Origin: Gekko japonicus | Taxonomy: Eukaryota | Assembly: GCF_001447785.1 (NCBI RefSeq) | Contig: NW_015168044.1 | Span: forward strand, 595,940-659,939 | Direction of reading: 5' to 3' | Length of the DNA stretch: 64,000 bases | Shown: piece after piece, positions 47,888 to 60,800 of the stretch | Layout of the letters: every line of letters begins with the position of its first letter | How positions within the stretch are numbered: position 1 is the first letter of the stretch | Translations under genes and position numbers: made by a program | The notes under the pieces: model-generated | Seen by the model: only the letters and a program-made list of their open reading frames with translations | What the model was told of the DNA's origin: nothing | Databases searched by the model: none

Positions 47888-48313
47888 GAAGACCTGTCTG
47901 GGCCTAGTGCCCTGTTTCCAAGTGGGAAGCCTACAGTCTTGCCAGCCAGCACTCTGGCATCTTCCCACACCTCCCTCCATCACTTCTGCCACCCCGAGCC
48001 CTGGTCCGGAGGAGCCTGCAGGACATGAACAAATATGCGGCTCCAAGCTTGAGTGCAGGAGAGAATCCTGGCCATTGGACCTGGGGTGGGTGCCAGCCGA
48101 AGGGGTGGATCTAATGCCAGGGAGCGGAACAGAGAAAGCTCCTTGGGGATACGTGTAACCGTGTGAGACCCGGCATTCCGGAGGTGTTTGGGGTGATGCT
48201 TCCTTTTTTCTTCCTGCCACCATTTGCTTGCAGGGTGGGGGGCAGCGATGAGCCTGGGGCCAGTGACAGTGGGATGATTGTAACCTGCCTGTGCTTCTGT
48301 GTTGCTTCCTCAG

Positions 48314-48408
48314 CTGCTGCTGAAGGCGGTTGCAAAATATGGGGAGCGGGACTGGTATAAGATCCGAATGGCGGTCCCGGGGAGGAACGACATTCAGTGC
48401 CGAGACAG
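48314..48408 (+). CDS. SNAPC4: SNAPC4 exon (Myb repeat)
   Basis: LLLKAVAKYGERDWYKIRMAVPGRNDIQCRDR. Confidence 0.96.
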
Positions 48409-48748
48409 GTCAGTCTCTCTGTTCTGCATCTGCTCTTGGAGGACTATTTAGGTGATGGGAATTCATGGCAGGTCAGGCACTCTTGCTGAGATTTCTCTGG
48501 CCTCTCGTGTCCTTGGGGGGGGGGGCTGAGTACCCTACAAGGAAATCTGTGGATAATGAAAGGGAATGAAACAATAGCAAGGTGATAGACAATTCAGGGG
48601 ATCTGCAGGCGGGAATAGCAGAGGCTTGGAACTGATGGCGAGACGGAGTTGCATGAAGGAGCCAGGAGACCTTCTGGGGGGGCCTCTGCCCTCCACGGTC
48701 ACGGTGCCCTCTTCCTTCTCTTTCCCCACCACCAACCTCTCCTTGCAG

Positions 48749-48843
48749 GTACTTGCATGCTCTGCACTATGATATAAAGAAGGGCAAATGGAGCGAGGAA
48801 GAAGAGAAGAAGTTGATTGAACTAACAGAAAAGTACGGCGTGG
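48749..48843 (+). CDS. SNAPC4: SNAPC4 exon (Myb repeat)
   Basis: YLHALHYDIKKGKWSEEEEKKLIELTEKYGV. Confidence 0.96.
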
Positions 48844-49496
48844 GTAAGGCAGACGAGTGAGCGGGCCTCTTTTTGCAGCCGGCGGTTTGAAAAATGGCTG
48901 CCCTGCATGGGTCTGTCCTCGAAGCTGACCCCAAACCTGCAGCTGGCCTCTTTGGTGGGGCTGGCAGATGGGACTGAGTCACTCCCGGCCGTGGCCTCTC
49001 TGCTGGCTGCTGATCAGTTTCCGAGTCCAATTCCAGATATCGGTGCTCACCTCAAAAGCTCCCTCTTCCTGCGTGTCTTCGTGCAGCAGCTTCATTCTTC
49101 CCAGCGAGGTCTCCCCCCCCCCCCAAATCTAAGGGATGTTTGACCACAGCCCAGATTCCAGCTTTTCGGTGGCTGCCTTTGGAAGAGGCCAGGGGGGCTC
49201 CTGCTCTCCCAGCTTTTGGGGTAGGCTGTAAGACAGAGAGCTCCGTGGGCATATCCTGAGCACAGCAGGCACACCCTTTGGAGGCGGGGGTGGGGGTTGG
49301 AGGTGCTTGGACTTTATGTGTTTTATCCGATTGTTTCTATACTGTCATAACCCAGCTTGGGTCCTGAGACGCTCGAGGGAAAGGTGGGTGTATATGAACT
49401 GTACAAATAAAAAGAACCTTTGGTTTGGTCACACAGAATGTGGTCTGCCCGGGACCATTTTCCTCTCTCTCGGCATTTTCCCTATGGCTGTCTTAT

Positions 49497-49723
49497 CCCA
49501 GTTTGGTGTAGTGGTTAAGTGTGTGGACTCTAATCTGGGAGAACCTGGTTTGATTCCCCACTCCTCCACTTGCACCTGCTGATGTGACCTTGGGTCAGTC
49601 ACAAGCTCTGGCACAGCTGTCCTTGAAAAAGAGCAGTTTCTGCCAGAGCTCTCTCAGCCCCACCTACCTCACAGGGTGTCTGTTGTGGGGAGGGGAAGGG
49701 GAAGGAATTTGTAAGCCGCTCTG
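49497..49723 (+). mobile_element. tRNA-derived squamate SINE, ending at N-gap 49724-49923
   Basis: TTTGGTGTAGTGGTTAAGTGTGTGGACTCTAATCTGGGAGAACC; homologous to 14355-14570. Confidence 0.8.
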
Positions 49724-50262
49724 ANNNNNNNNNNNNNNNNNNNNNNNNNNNNNNNNNNNNNNNNNNNNNNNNNNNNNNNNNNNNNNNNNNNNNNNNNNNN
49801 NNNNNNNNNNNNNNNNNNNNNNNNNNNNNNNNNNNNNNNNNNNNNNNNNNNNNNNNNNNNNNNNNNNNNNNNNNNNNNNNNNNNNNNNNNNNNNNNNNNN
49901 NNNNNNNNNNNNNNNNNNNNNNNTTTTCCTTTGGTTGCGCTCCCCCACCGTCTGTTTCCCCCACGTGAGCCTGCAAAAGGGTTCCTGCACCACCCATTCC
50001 CCTTGCTGGAGAGTGGCTGAGGGGGCAGTTCCTCCCCTCAGACTCTGGAAGCAGGTGTGACTCACCTTCTGTTCCTGCCTGCCTGACTTCTTGTTCTGCC
50101 TTGGACTAGAGCGCAGATTGAGAAGCCTGTGGAGGAACCCTCTTGGCAGTTTTTTGTGGCCTTCTCACACACACACACACACTTCGAATTTTTCTTTCGC
50201 CAAGGTGTAGACTACACATAATTGGCCATTTATTCTGAGTCCTAACAACTTCCTCTCTTTAG

Positions 50263-50348
50263 GTCACTGGGCAAAAATTGCTTTGGAGTTGCCCCACCGC
50301 TCCAGGTCCCAGTGCCTCAGCAAGTGGAAAATCCTCCTGGGCTATCGG
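50263..50348 (+). CDS. SNAPC4: SNAPC4 exon (end of Myb domain)
   Basis: GHWAKIALELPHRSRSQCLSKWKILLGYR. Confidence 0.96.
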
Positions 50349-51814
50349 GTACGTTAAGTTGCTGTGAGTGTTTTCCCCTCTGAAGGATTTGAGCAGCCGT
50401 TTGGAGGAGGTGTGCTGGGTTGAGCCTGGGACATGAATGGCGAGGGATTGGCCTGCTCTGTTGGGACGAGTGCCTGAGGAGTGGGGGCTGTCAGGCCTGC
50501 GTGCCGAAATGTCGGAAGGGTGGTCTTACATCCTCCCGTTTCCAGTGTGAGAGTGCAGGATGCTCAAGGCTGTGCTCCATACTTTAGACATAATTTTTTT
50601 ACTATACTAGTTTTATTTGGGGCCTATTATATATTTTTTATTCTTTGCCACTATATTTCACTTGCTTTATTCAAGTTGTTATTTTTTGTTTTCTAACTTC
50701 ACTGGTAGTGTTAGCTTCTTCCCCACCCCCTTATGTCCTTACCACCCTTTGGTTAAGTACACAAGGGAGTGTGCTTTGCCACACACCCCAACTCCCTCAC
50801 TGGGTTTCTGAATGTTTTGATTTCTGATATGTCAGTTTTGTGTTCACTGATGTTGTCACATAGGGAACAACACATTGTCCAGTGTACATAGCGGAAGAGC
50901 ATTGTTGGCACCTGATGGCATAGTGGATGATGCGTAAAGGGATGAGTCTAGGATGGTGTAGCTGATGTTGCTGGATCCTATAATAGTCTCACCTGAGCAT
51001 ATGTGGGGATGCTCACCTCGCAGTCTAATGATGCCTTCATTATTTCCACTGGGGGAAGCTCTTCCGCTTTCATTCTTTCCGCTGGGGTCCCCATTGGATC
51101 TGTCCTTGGCCCTGTTCCCTCTGCACACAGTTGTTGGGGGACCACATTAATCCCCCTGATTTCCCAGTCCCATCAGTGTGTCACAGCCATCGCTGCCTGT
51201 CTGAGGCCCCTCCCCTTTCCTCCCAAGCCTTCACCTGTTCATACCCTTTCTATATCCATCCATCCACTCACCGTCCTCTCTACTGATAAAGCATGAAGCC
51301 TCGCCTTTAGTTCCCATGCTCAGTCTGTTGCCAGCTTATGCCACTGCTTCCTTAACAAGATTGCCAAAATACACCCCTTCCTGTCTGCTGTCTTTGTCAG
51401 CCTCCAATTCATGACCTGGCCATTTTTTTATTTTATTTTTTGCCCTGCGCAGTGCCTCCTTGGTCTTCTGCTCTCACGCTTGAGCTCCTTTGCTTCCATC
51501 TGATGCTCTGCAGGTAGATTCAGTCACGTGTCCTGTTCTAGTCACATGAAGTCTCTCGTCAAAGCCCTGCACGAGCTTCCTGCCAGCTCCTGCTTCAATA
51601 CAAACTCTGTAAACCCCCCCCCTCCTTATGTCCTGGTACTACTCCGCCTGTGACCTTTGCTCTCCGGCCCTCTTCTGTCTAAAGCTCAGGCAACGCCCAC
51701 CTTTCTCCCTTGCTGCCCCTTAGAACTGCTTTTAGAGCACCTGCCTGAAGCCACCTCCGAGCCAAAGACATCACAGAAAAGGAGGGGGAAGCCCCCAACT
51801 TTCCCCATCCCCTC

Positions 51815-54635
51815 ACATATTGAAACTAAGCACCTGGTAAATATTGATTCCCTCTGGAGTAAAAGAATAGTTTAAGATGTTGTTTAACTAAAGAAATATT
51901 GCGGGATCTATGGGTTGTCCATTTAAGATTATATTGAAAAGTAATCCCTAGGTATTTGAAGTTTTTAACCTGGGCAATCTCAGTTTTCCCTACTGTCCAC
52001 TTCGTAGGCTTCCAATGTTTATAGAACACTAGAACTTTGAATTTTGAGTAATTAATGACCAAAGAGTTATCAGTACAAAATTTATGAAAAGCATGCAAAT
52101 ATCTGAGAAGTCCAACCCTGGTACAAGAAAGGATTGTAGTGTCGTCCGCATAGAGTAGAAGGGGGATCTTTTGAGATCCCAATTTAGGAAGGGTGGCCAT
52201 TAACATGTTCCAGCCTTAGCGGAAGATCATTCAAAAACAGATTAAAGAGGAGTGGGGCCAGTATGCAGCCTTTTTTTTTTTTTTACTCCTTTTAAAGTTG
52301 GTATTGTAGCCGTTAGATGACCAGATTCCGAGAATTTAACTTGAGACTGTAGATGAATAGAGCTTTGTGATTAAAAATCATAGTCGAGGATCAATGTTCA
52401 AAGTTCCAAGCTTTCTCCAAAGCAATCTGGAAACTGAATCGAATGCACCTTTTAAATCGATGAAGGCTTCATACAGTTTTTTTAGTACCCGATTTCATAC
52501 ATGTATCGGCCAGAAAAGTTAAAAGAAAGCAGTGGTCTACAATGGAGTTACCTTTCAAGAAGCCAATTTGTTCAGGACTAATTATCTGCTGGGACTGTAT
52601 CCATGTTCTTAGCAGTCTTTCTAGGAATTTGGCATATAACTTGCCAATTATAGATAAAAGAGTGATTGGCTTGTAACTTTCTGGGCAATTAGGATTTCAT
52701 TGATAGAGTTCAACAATGACTGGGGAATCCTTCCAGATTGATTAATTAAAGTGAATTGATTGGCTAGTGGTAAGGACCACCAATGAGGGTGTTTGCAAAG
52801 AACTTCTGCCGGGATCCCATTGGGACCCGGAGCCTTACCTGGTTTCAGTTCTGAGATCAATTCAATCACTTCATCCGCAGTTACTGGAGGCCAGTTGGGT
52901 GCAGTGTTCCCTCTAAGCTGAGTTATAGTAAGCTAGCTCACAGTCTTGTAGCCTCCGGCTCACACAGTTTTGTCTTGGCTCAGGAAGGATGGCTCCAGAG
53001 CAAACTAATTTATGCGGTGGCCAAATGGCTCGCTCACAACTTTAATGCCAGGAGCTCACAAAGTAGAATTTTTGCTCACGAGACTCCACAGCTTAGAGGG
53101 AACATTGGTTGGGTGTGTCTCCTGGGATAGTGTTGTTGGTGTCAAAAGAGATATTATCAGGGGCATCAAAAATTGTACTGTAATAATCAATCCAAGTTTG
53201 AGGGGGGATGTTAGGATAGGAGGGCATTACGCTATTGTTCATATAAGAAGATACAACTTGCCAAAAAGATTTATTGTTATTGGATTTTAATGCTTGGAAT
53301 AGTTCAGACCATTTCCTATCATAGAACAGCCTATTTTTATTAAGGATAAAATCATGATAAAGGTTATTTTGATCATGGTAGTTATTTAATTTATCATAGT
53401 TGTTCGAACTGCGGAATTCTTTATATGCAGACCGAACCTGCCTTTTAACTGATCGAACCAAATTCCTTAATTTCACATTTCAAAAATGATGCTTATAGTG
53501 CAACCTGGTTGGCGTATATTGATTAAAAAAATCAGTCAAATCGGCTTTTTCTTAGAATATTTTTATTCACTGGATAAAATCTCTATTTTCCAGATTATCA
53601 AACAGAGACTGTTTGACCTTGAATTTTCCAGATTTTGTCCTGCACAATTTTGTATATTCAGGCTCAGTTGAATCTTCCAATTCAGTATGACCAGATGGCC
53701 CATTATTTCCATAACTTAGTTCAGCCTTCACACTGTACTAATTACCAAATGCTAAGAACAAGCAAGAAGAATTTTCTATCATCATGACCTGCTTTTGAGC
53801 TTTCTAAAAGCATCTGGTGGGTCATTAGAAACTGAATGTTGGATGCAACTGACCTTTTGTTTAATACAGTAAGGCAATTCTTGTGTTCTTAACAGCACAG
53901 CATGATTCTTTGAGGTTTCATGTCATGGTAGACCATTCTTGCTTCTCTGACCACCATCACCTGACATAAAACTTATAAAGAGAACAGGGATATAACTTGT
54001 TCCTTGGGAAAAGCACTGGGAGCGGATTCAGTTTACTTGGTATGTTTAGAACCACACTGATGGATTATAGCTTGAACACTGATACACATGTGGGGACAGA
54101 ATGTCGAACAACAAACAGAGACTGTTTGACCTTGAACTTCAAATGTTATGTCCTGCACAATTTTGTATATTCTCTCAGGCTGAGTTGAATCTTCCAATTC
54201 AGTATGGCCAGATGGCCCATTATTTCCATAACTTAGTTCAGCCGTCTAAATGTTTTCCCCTCAAAAGTGCTCTTAGGTCGGTTTCATAGAATTCCCCTAC
54301 ATGAAAGGTTATGTTCATGCCCTTTAAAATCTGTAGATTCAATATATCATGTTATTTTCGACTGTCAATTTCACTCAGGCTTATGCAAAGAATTGCTGTC
54401 ATCTTTATTTCCTCTTAATTATAGTTCTAATAAGGAAAAAGCTATTCAGTATCTTCTAAAGGATGTTAATCCTGATATCACAGCTATAATGGCCAAGTTT
54501 CTTGCCGAAGCAGCCAAAGTTAGATCTATGCTCCTAAAGGAATGATTTGTTCGCTATGCTTTTAAATTTTCATGCTGTGTTATTGTATATCTATGTATTT
54601 TACTATTATGCCATTAAAGGTATTTGACTTTGACT
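51815..54635. mobile_element. RTE-X-like LINE: RT part on minus (~51815-53525) and 3' part on plus (~53530-54635)
   Basis: LLYADD, FKYLG, KAPGPNGIPAE on minus; GRF..ERLCSC..HVIFDC on plus with ATTAAA/(TTTGAC)n tail. Confidence 0.7.
52902..53107. mobile_element. hAT MITE (same family as 19017-19222)
   Basis: TIRs CAGTGTTCCCTCTAAGCTG / CAGCTTAGAGGGAACATTG; perfect TSD GTTGGGTG. Confidence 0.92.
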
Positions 54636-54870
54636 TCACTGAAACTAAGCCTAAGCACATTTAACTAACCATTCGCGGCATGCTTAATTCCTGCCTCTCC
54701 CTTGGCTAAAAGTTTATTATAGCTAACTCCTCAGAGGAGGGATCTGACTATTTGTAATCTGTAAAATGCCATGCACTGTGGCATTGTAATAGTAAAGTTA
54801 AGCCTTGTTTGAAAGCAAAAGAGCTGCAGGTGCCCATAGAAGTCATTTGTGTATTCTTTTGTGTTTACAG

Positions 54871-55239
54871 AAGAACAAGCGGAGGAAGCAGAGGAATAAC
54901 CTTGACCAGGAGTGGCGACCAGAGTCCAGCAGTGAGGATTCAGACCTGGCCCTGAAGGAGGACGGTGCTGAGGAGGAGGAGTCCCCCAAGCCTGAAGCCT
55001 GGAGAGTGCCCAGCTTAGACTTGTGGATCCCTGCAAGGCAGAATCCGTCCAGCATTCCTGGGGAGCTGGCCTCTGTGACTGTGCTTTCAAAGGGCCTTGA
55101 TGTGAACAGAAAGCTGAGGCCGATCCGTGGTAAACTTCTTGTTGCAGAAAAGGACCAAGCTCCTGAAGGTCTTGAGTCCAGGACATCTCCATCGGTTAAT
55201 ATTCAGGCAGAGGAGGAATTGGCTGTGGAAGATACCAGA
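54871..55239 (+). CDS. SNAPC4: SNAPC4 exon
   Basis: KNKRRKQR..SSSEDSD..VPSLDLWIPARQ; tacag/gtacgt, phase 0/0. Confidence 0.88.
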
Positions 55240-55270
55240 GTACGTCCTGGCAGCTAGGGCTGTCCCACAT

Positions 55271-55605
55271 GGGGGCTGTGGCTCAGTGGCAGAGCCTCTG
55301 CTTGGCATGCAGAAGGTCCCAGTTTCAATCCCCGGCAGCATCTCCAGTTAAAAAGGACCAGGCAGTGGGTGACGGGAAAGACCTCTGCCTGAGACCCTGG
55401 AGAGCTGTAAAGAGGGGCCGTGGCTCAGTGGAAGAGCCTCTGCTTGGCATGCAGAAGGTCCCAGTTTCAATCCCCACCATCTCCAGCTAAAAGGACCAGG
55501 CTGCAGGGGATGTGAAAAACCGCTGCCTGAGACCTTGGAGAGCCGCTGCCAGTCTGAGTAGACTTTGATGGACCCAGGGTCTGATTCAGTATAAGGCAGC
55601 TTCAT
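55271..55605 (+). mobile_element. Tandem (dimeric) tRNA-derived SINE
   Basis: Two heads GGGGCYGTGGCTCAGTGG..GCTTGGCATGCAGAAGGTCCCAG at ~55271 and ~55414. Confidence 0.8.
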
Positions 55606-55649
55606 CTGTGTCTCTCTCACTAGCCAGCCTTTTGCCCTGCAGGGCAAAC

Positions 55650-56720
55650 AAACGGGCTGTAGTAGGCAAGGCCTTCCCCTGATGTTGCCTCCTAGCTCTG
55701 GTATTCAGAGGTTCACTGCTCCTGAATAGCAGGGTTCCTTTGCTTACTGTGGCTAGTAGCCACTGAGGGGTCCACCCTTAATGAATATCTAATACCTTTT
55801 AAAGTCACCTATACTCATGGTTGTGACTACATCCACTGGGAGTGAGTGCCACACTTTCACTGAGTAATGAAGTACTTTCTTTGTTTTTCCTGAATCTGTT
55901 GCCCATCGATTTTGTTGAGTGCCTTGATTTCTAATACTCTGGGAGAGAGAGAAAAAGCTCTCTATCCACCATGCCTAGTTATATAAACCTTGACCCCCCC
56001 CCCCTAAATTTGTACTACTACAGTATTCTATATTTAAAAGCCCCAAGCTTGTAGCCTTTCCTTGTTGGAAAGATGCTTCGGCCCCTTAACTCACTTGGTG
56101 GTCCTCTTCTGCATTTCCAGCTCTGCTCTATCTTTTTTAAAAATGCAATGACTAGAATGTTATTTCAAGTGAGGCCTCAGCATAGACCTCTGTAGAGACA
56201 TCAGTACATGGGCAGTTTTATTTTCAGTCTCTTTCCTAATAATCCCCATCATGGTGTTTACCTTTTTCACCACTGCTGCACATTCAGTTGACATTTTTAT
56301 TAAGCTGTCCACTACAACCTCAGGATCCCTTTCCCTCTCAGTTGTGAGCCATTCAGACGCCATCAGTGATGGGGGATTTTTTGTTTTGGTGTACACTTGA
56401 ATTTCGTTAGCTGTGTTGTTGCCCACTCCCCCAGTTTAGAGAGAGCCTTCTGGCGCTTTCACACTCCACCTTGGTTTTTACCACCCAGAATACTTTGGCA
56501 TCACACACAAACCTGGCCACTGCACTACTCGCCCCCAATTGCAGATCACTTTTGAAAAAATTAAGCCACACAGGTCCCAATACTGATTCTCCATGGTGAG
56601 AACTATCCATTGATTCCTGCTTTGTATTGTTGAACCAATTTTGAATCCATAAGAAGACCTCCCCCCTTTATCCCGTGACTAAGCGGAGGTACCCTGTCAG
56701 AAGCCTTCTGGAATTCAACT
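55650..56720 (-). mobile_element. Old CR1 fragment
   Basis: ERDPEVVVD..CAAVVKKVN.MMGIIRK..MLRPHL; SVLGP. Confidence 0.75.
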
Positions 56721-56986
56721 TACCCACAACAAGCCTTCTGAACCTTCTCCTTGGACTCCTTTACAGAAGCTGTGCTGCCTTTCCCCTCTTTTTTGTCAGG
56801 TTTTCCATGCGCCACAAATTACCACAATAAGCCTTGGTAGGCTTCTGAAACATTTTCATGACTTGCAAACAGGCTGACAGGATTTGTGTGTTGGGTGCCA
56901 TGTTCTTTCCTAAATGTCTGTTTTCACTTAAATGGGTGTGGGCTAAAATCCCATTTGCTTGATGAGCATTTTGTTTTTTCCTGCAG

Positions 56987-57079
56987 ATTTCCAGAAGCAA
57001 AAAGGACTCATGGAGGGTTTCTTTGGCCTATGTGAAATGTGTCTTGCGGAGAAACAGCTATGACTTGCAGAGGAGAAAT
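56987..57079 (+). CDS. SNAPC4: SNAPC4 exon
   Basis: ISRSKKDSWRVSLAYVKCVLRRNSYDLQRRN; strong acceptor; phase 0/0. Confidence 0.8.
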
Positions 57080-57910
57080 GTAGGTACCTTTCTTAGGCTC
57101 TCTTGTGTATGTCTCTTGGAAGGAAATGAAATGGCACAAGCTGTTCTCTTGGGTGCATGTGATTGGTTTAGAGGTGTTCAGTCTGGGCTGGCTTCGGAGC
57201 ACTGGGAAGCCAGGATCGAGCACAGGCTTAGCCTCTGAACTGTTGAAATGAGTGTTAATGGGACGGAATGGGGGTGGTATTGGTGCTTGGTTTTTTAATC
57301 TGTATGTCTAATGGTGATGTGCGGCCTCATCCGTCGATACCTAAATCCATGAATCAGGGCTAAACAGTTGTTGAGCAGATTTTTCTGCAAAGTTGGGGGA
57401 CTCCCCAGGTTTGCAGAAAAATCTGACAAGTAAAAACAAACATGGAAGGTTTAAAATCCCCCTCCCTCGAATTTTTTTAAAAAAGCATCTGCACATGCAC
57501 ATGCAGAAACACAACTTGGCCAGTTCAGCTGATGGCGGCCATTGCTGCAGGAAGCCATTGCAGACCCAGCTGCTGTGGTGGAGCACGCCAGGAGCCTCTC
57601 CGTGGCTGCCGGGGCGGAGCATTCTGAAAGCCGCTGCCGTCGGCACTGGGACTAAGGGGGCTGGTGGGGCCTGGAGCTGCGATGGGGGGGTAGGGGTGGG
57701 CTTCTCCCCTGCAGGTGTAGCGGGCCTCCCCCTTGTTTTGCTCTAATGTTGCCGTTGCCTGTCTTGAGACTTTGGGTGAAGCAGGATGGAAGTTCAAGTA
57801 CATGTCTGGATTTTTCAGTGGGCTCTGGGTAAAGCAAGTTTTAATTCTGCTCAGTAGCCTGGGATAGTTTCTGCATCTAAGTTAATATTCCTCTTTTGCA
57901 TTACATACAG

Positions 57911-58133
57911 AGAGAGAAACACAGAAAGAGGCGCTTTGCTTCTGCTTCACAGAGGAGGGGCCTTGGGAGAGATTTGGTCCCCCCAGCCAGGGAGCCTGCC
58001 AGAGGCCAGAGAGACGGGATGTGGAAGATGACGCTCTACCGGCGGCTTTTGATGGCGGTGTCCCCCTGGGCTGGGAGCAGGGTGCAGGCCTGGGCCCAGC
58101 GGGTCAAGAGCGAAGCGTCCCACAAGTCCAAAG
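57911..58133 (+). CDS. SNAPC4: SNAPC4 exon
   Basis: REKHRKRR..TLYRRLLMAVSPWAG..; cag/gtacct. Confidence 0.85.
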
Positions 58134-59226
58134 GTACCTGGCAGCCCCGGAGGCCAAGAGCAGTTTTATAGAGTTCACCTTTTCCCTTCTGAGGAAGAAA
58201 GTGATGATTTTATTTACTTGTTGGCCACACTTTTTTTCTCCCCTTCTTTCCTCAAAGGAGATCCGGGCAGTTTTGTAGTAACTGGCCCAAGTTAACCTGG
58301 AGGGTGTGATGGTAGGCCAGGGGCAGGCACCAGAATGTCTCTCATTGGAGGCCCTCTCTCACAGTCATGCTGATTAGAACAATCAGGTGGCCTAAAAGCA
58401 TTCAGCCGCTGCCTACAGGTTTAAAGGTGGGATTTACAGGGCCGGTTTTGCAAGGAGGATTTTGCAGCAAACTCCTGTCTCCCCATTGCCAGCCCACCCA
58501 CCTCCCATCTCCGCCTGGCAGAGATAATCTGCCTTGCCCCTTGCTCTCCCGGGCCTCTTTAAAAACAGTGTGGCAAGCCAAGACTTGTGTGCCAGTTTCC
58601 AAGCTCATGTGAGGGGAAGGACTCTTGAAAGAGGTTGAGAAGGCTTGTTGGGGATGCACAACTTCCCATATTGCTTTTGAAGAGGGAGCAAAGAGGCGTA
58701 AGGAGCATTTCCTCTCTCCCCTCTGCAGAGCCACTGCTGCCTCTGCCTCTAGTGTTGGGGGGGGGGGATCTGAGGCTGTCTTCTGTACATGGGGCTTACC
58801 TGATCAGTTAGATTCGCTGGGCACCTTAGAGTACATTTCAGGCTCATTCCTGCCAGTCCACCGTTCCTGACCCAGAGCACTAGATCTTGCTTTCCCGACA
58901 GAAGAGGTCAGGGAATGCCTGAGCCAAGTCCCAGCTGTGCCCCTTCTTTGGCCTCCTCCTCCCCCCAGCACACCCTCCAAAGAGTCCCTGAAATCCTTTC
59001 AGCCTGTTCCATATGTCTGCTCCAATGTAGCAATAAATGCAGTCTTTGTAGGATCAGCTTTTCTCAGCTAAAGAGTGTTGTGCTTTGAGCCACGTGAGGT
59101 CCCTGTGATGGAAGGTTCAGTCTTGTACAAGGAACAAGAATTGAAGTGAAGCTGGGCCTCCTTAATTAACATATTTCCCAGGATATTTTGGTTAAACATA
59201 TTTGTCTTTCTTTGGTGGAATTATAG

Positions 59227-59297
59227 TGGAATTCATCTTCAAGTACCTGCAGATAGCCAGTCTCAAAAGTACTCCCGTGTTCACGCTTTTCATTCAG
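59227..59297 (+). CDS. SNAPC4: SNAPC4 exon
   Basis: EFIFKYLQIASLKSTPVFTLFIQ (conserved STPVFTLF). Confidence 0.9.
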
Positions 59298-59561
59298 GTA
59301 TGTGCGACCTTCTGCTACGTTTTCATCCTCTTCTCTCCCCCCCCCCCTTCTCTGTAGCTAATCTTGGAAACAGGCTGCTCTAGCTATGATATTGCTGAGA
59401 CAGCTCAGGGGGCAAATGGCCAAGTTCTTCATGCAGCTGGTTTTGAGCCATCAGGCGTGGTCACAATGGCAGCTGGTGCCCTCCCACCCTGCCTCACTGT
59501 GGCCCGATCCAAAGCATGTTCTGCACACGAAAAGCCACCTTCAGAGCTGAACAATGATGGG

Positions 59562-60233
59562 TGTCACGACAGGGCCAGTGGGGCAAGGCAGAGAGGGAGA
59601 GTTTACAGTCTAGTCCAAGAGTCAAGCCAGAGAGATCAAAAGAGTCTGAGCAAAAGCCCCAGGCACACAAAGCCAAGCCGTAGTCAAACGTTACCGATAG
59701 AGTCCAGACAAGCCAGTATCGTAGTCAGGAAGCGGAGCCCAGGATCAAGAGCCAGAGGGGTCGTCAAAACGCGGACTGGAGTCAGGAACCGGGAAATCAG
59801 TCAGGAGCTAAACAGAGTCAGAGGTGCAGAGCTTCTGGTCCAACGGACAAGTTTGCCAGCATAGTTTGCTAGCAGCCAGCGGTCTGTTCCAAATAGCGTG
59901 CTGGGTCGTTATCTCATTAGCACGGCTTTGCAAAGTCCTTGATTCTGTTAGTAATCTGGGCTTAATGATCAAGCAAGCGTGCCTCCTTGCGCCTGGTTGC
60001 CAAATCTCTGTCTCTGATTCCTCAGCCGGTCAACAGGTGGCGGAGAATCGGGTGGCGTGTTGCTGGGGCCAGGCATTGCCCAATTGGCGTCAGGTGTAAA
60101 CTGTCCTGGGGTTTGGCGTTCATCCTCCCTGGCACTTAGGTTTGGTGAGGACCCTCGTGCTTCTGATGATGTTAAAGGCACGGAGTCCTCAGTTTCAGAG
60201 TTCCCAGGCGCCGGGTCCGGTACAGGCATGATA
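59562..60233. mobile_element. Solo LTR (Gypsy-like)
   Basis: TGTCACG...CATGATA ends; 5-bp TSD ATGGG/ATGGC. Confidence 0.65.
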
Positions 60234-60519
60234 ATGGCTCTAGAAAGTAGGATGGAGAAATTGGCACAGAAGCAGCTTCACTGGGACTTTGAGTGGGCCC
60301 ACTGGGTGCACTGTAACTTGGGTGCTTCATTTAGCAACTTTCTGCTGGAGCAGAACTTATTCTTGGAGATAGTTGTACTACCTCAAAAGGTTGCTGTGAG
60401 GTGTATGTGACTCAAAGTGGCCTTGACTCAGCCCTGAGGAGGCCCCATGGAACAGCTTCCACACCCACTCCTCCGTCTTCCAGTTATTTACACCTCAATG
60501 GGAATTCCTGGTAAATAAA

Positions 60520-60800
60520 ACCCGGGTGCCGCAAGACGAAGTGAGCTCCCGTCTCTAGTTCCAGCTCCTGCCAACCTAGCAGTTCGAAAGCAAGAAATTG
60601 CAAGTAGATAAATAGGGACCACTTTGGTGGGAAGGTAACAGCGTTCCGTGCTCCTTGGTGTTTAGTCATGCCGGCCACATGACCACGGAAACGTCTTCGG
60701 ACAGCGCTGGCTCTTCGGCTTTGAAACGGAGATGAGCACCGCAACCCTAGAGTCGGATTCGACTGGCTTTCGAGCAAGGGAACCTTTACCTTTACCTTAC
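60520..60800 (+). mobile_element. Sauria-type SINE (5'-truncated)
   Basis: GTGAGCTCCCGTC..CAGCTCCTGCCAACCTAGCAGTTCGAAAGC..(ACCTTT)n. Confidence 0.88.

Noticed and set aside
55271-55347. tRNA-Ala-like sequence (GGC anticodon), also at 55414 and 23227
   Set aside because: Imperfect stems/B-box and a shared SINE body follows; these are SINE heads, not tRNA genes.
57080-57083. Alternative SNAPC4 donor TAG|gtacct
   Set aside because: Gives phase 1, incompatible with the phase-0 exon at 57911; donor at 57079 preferred.
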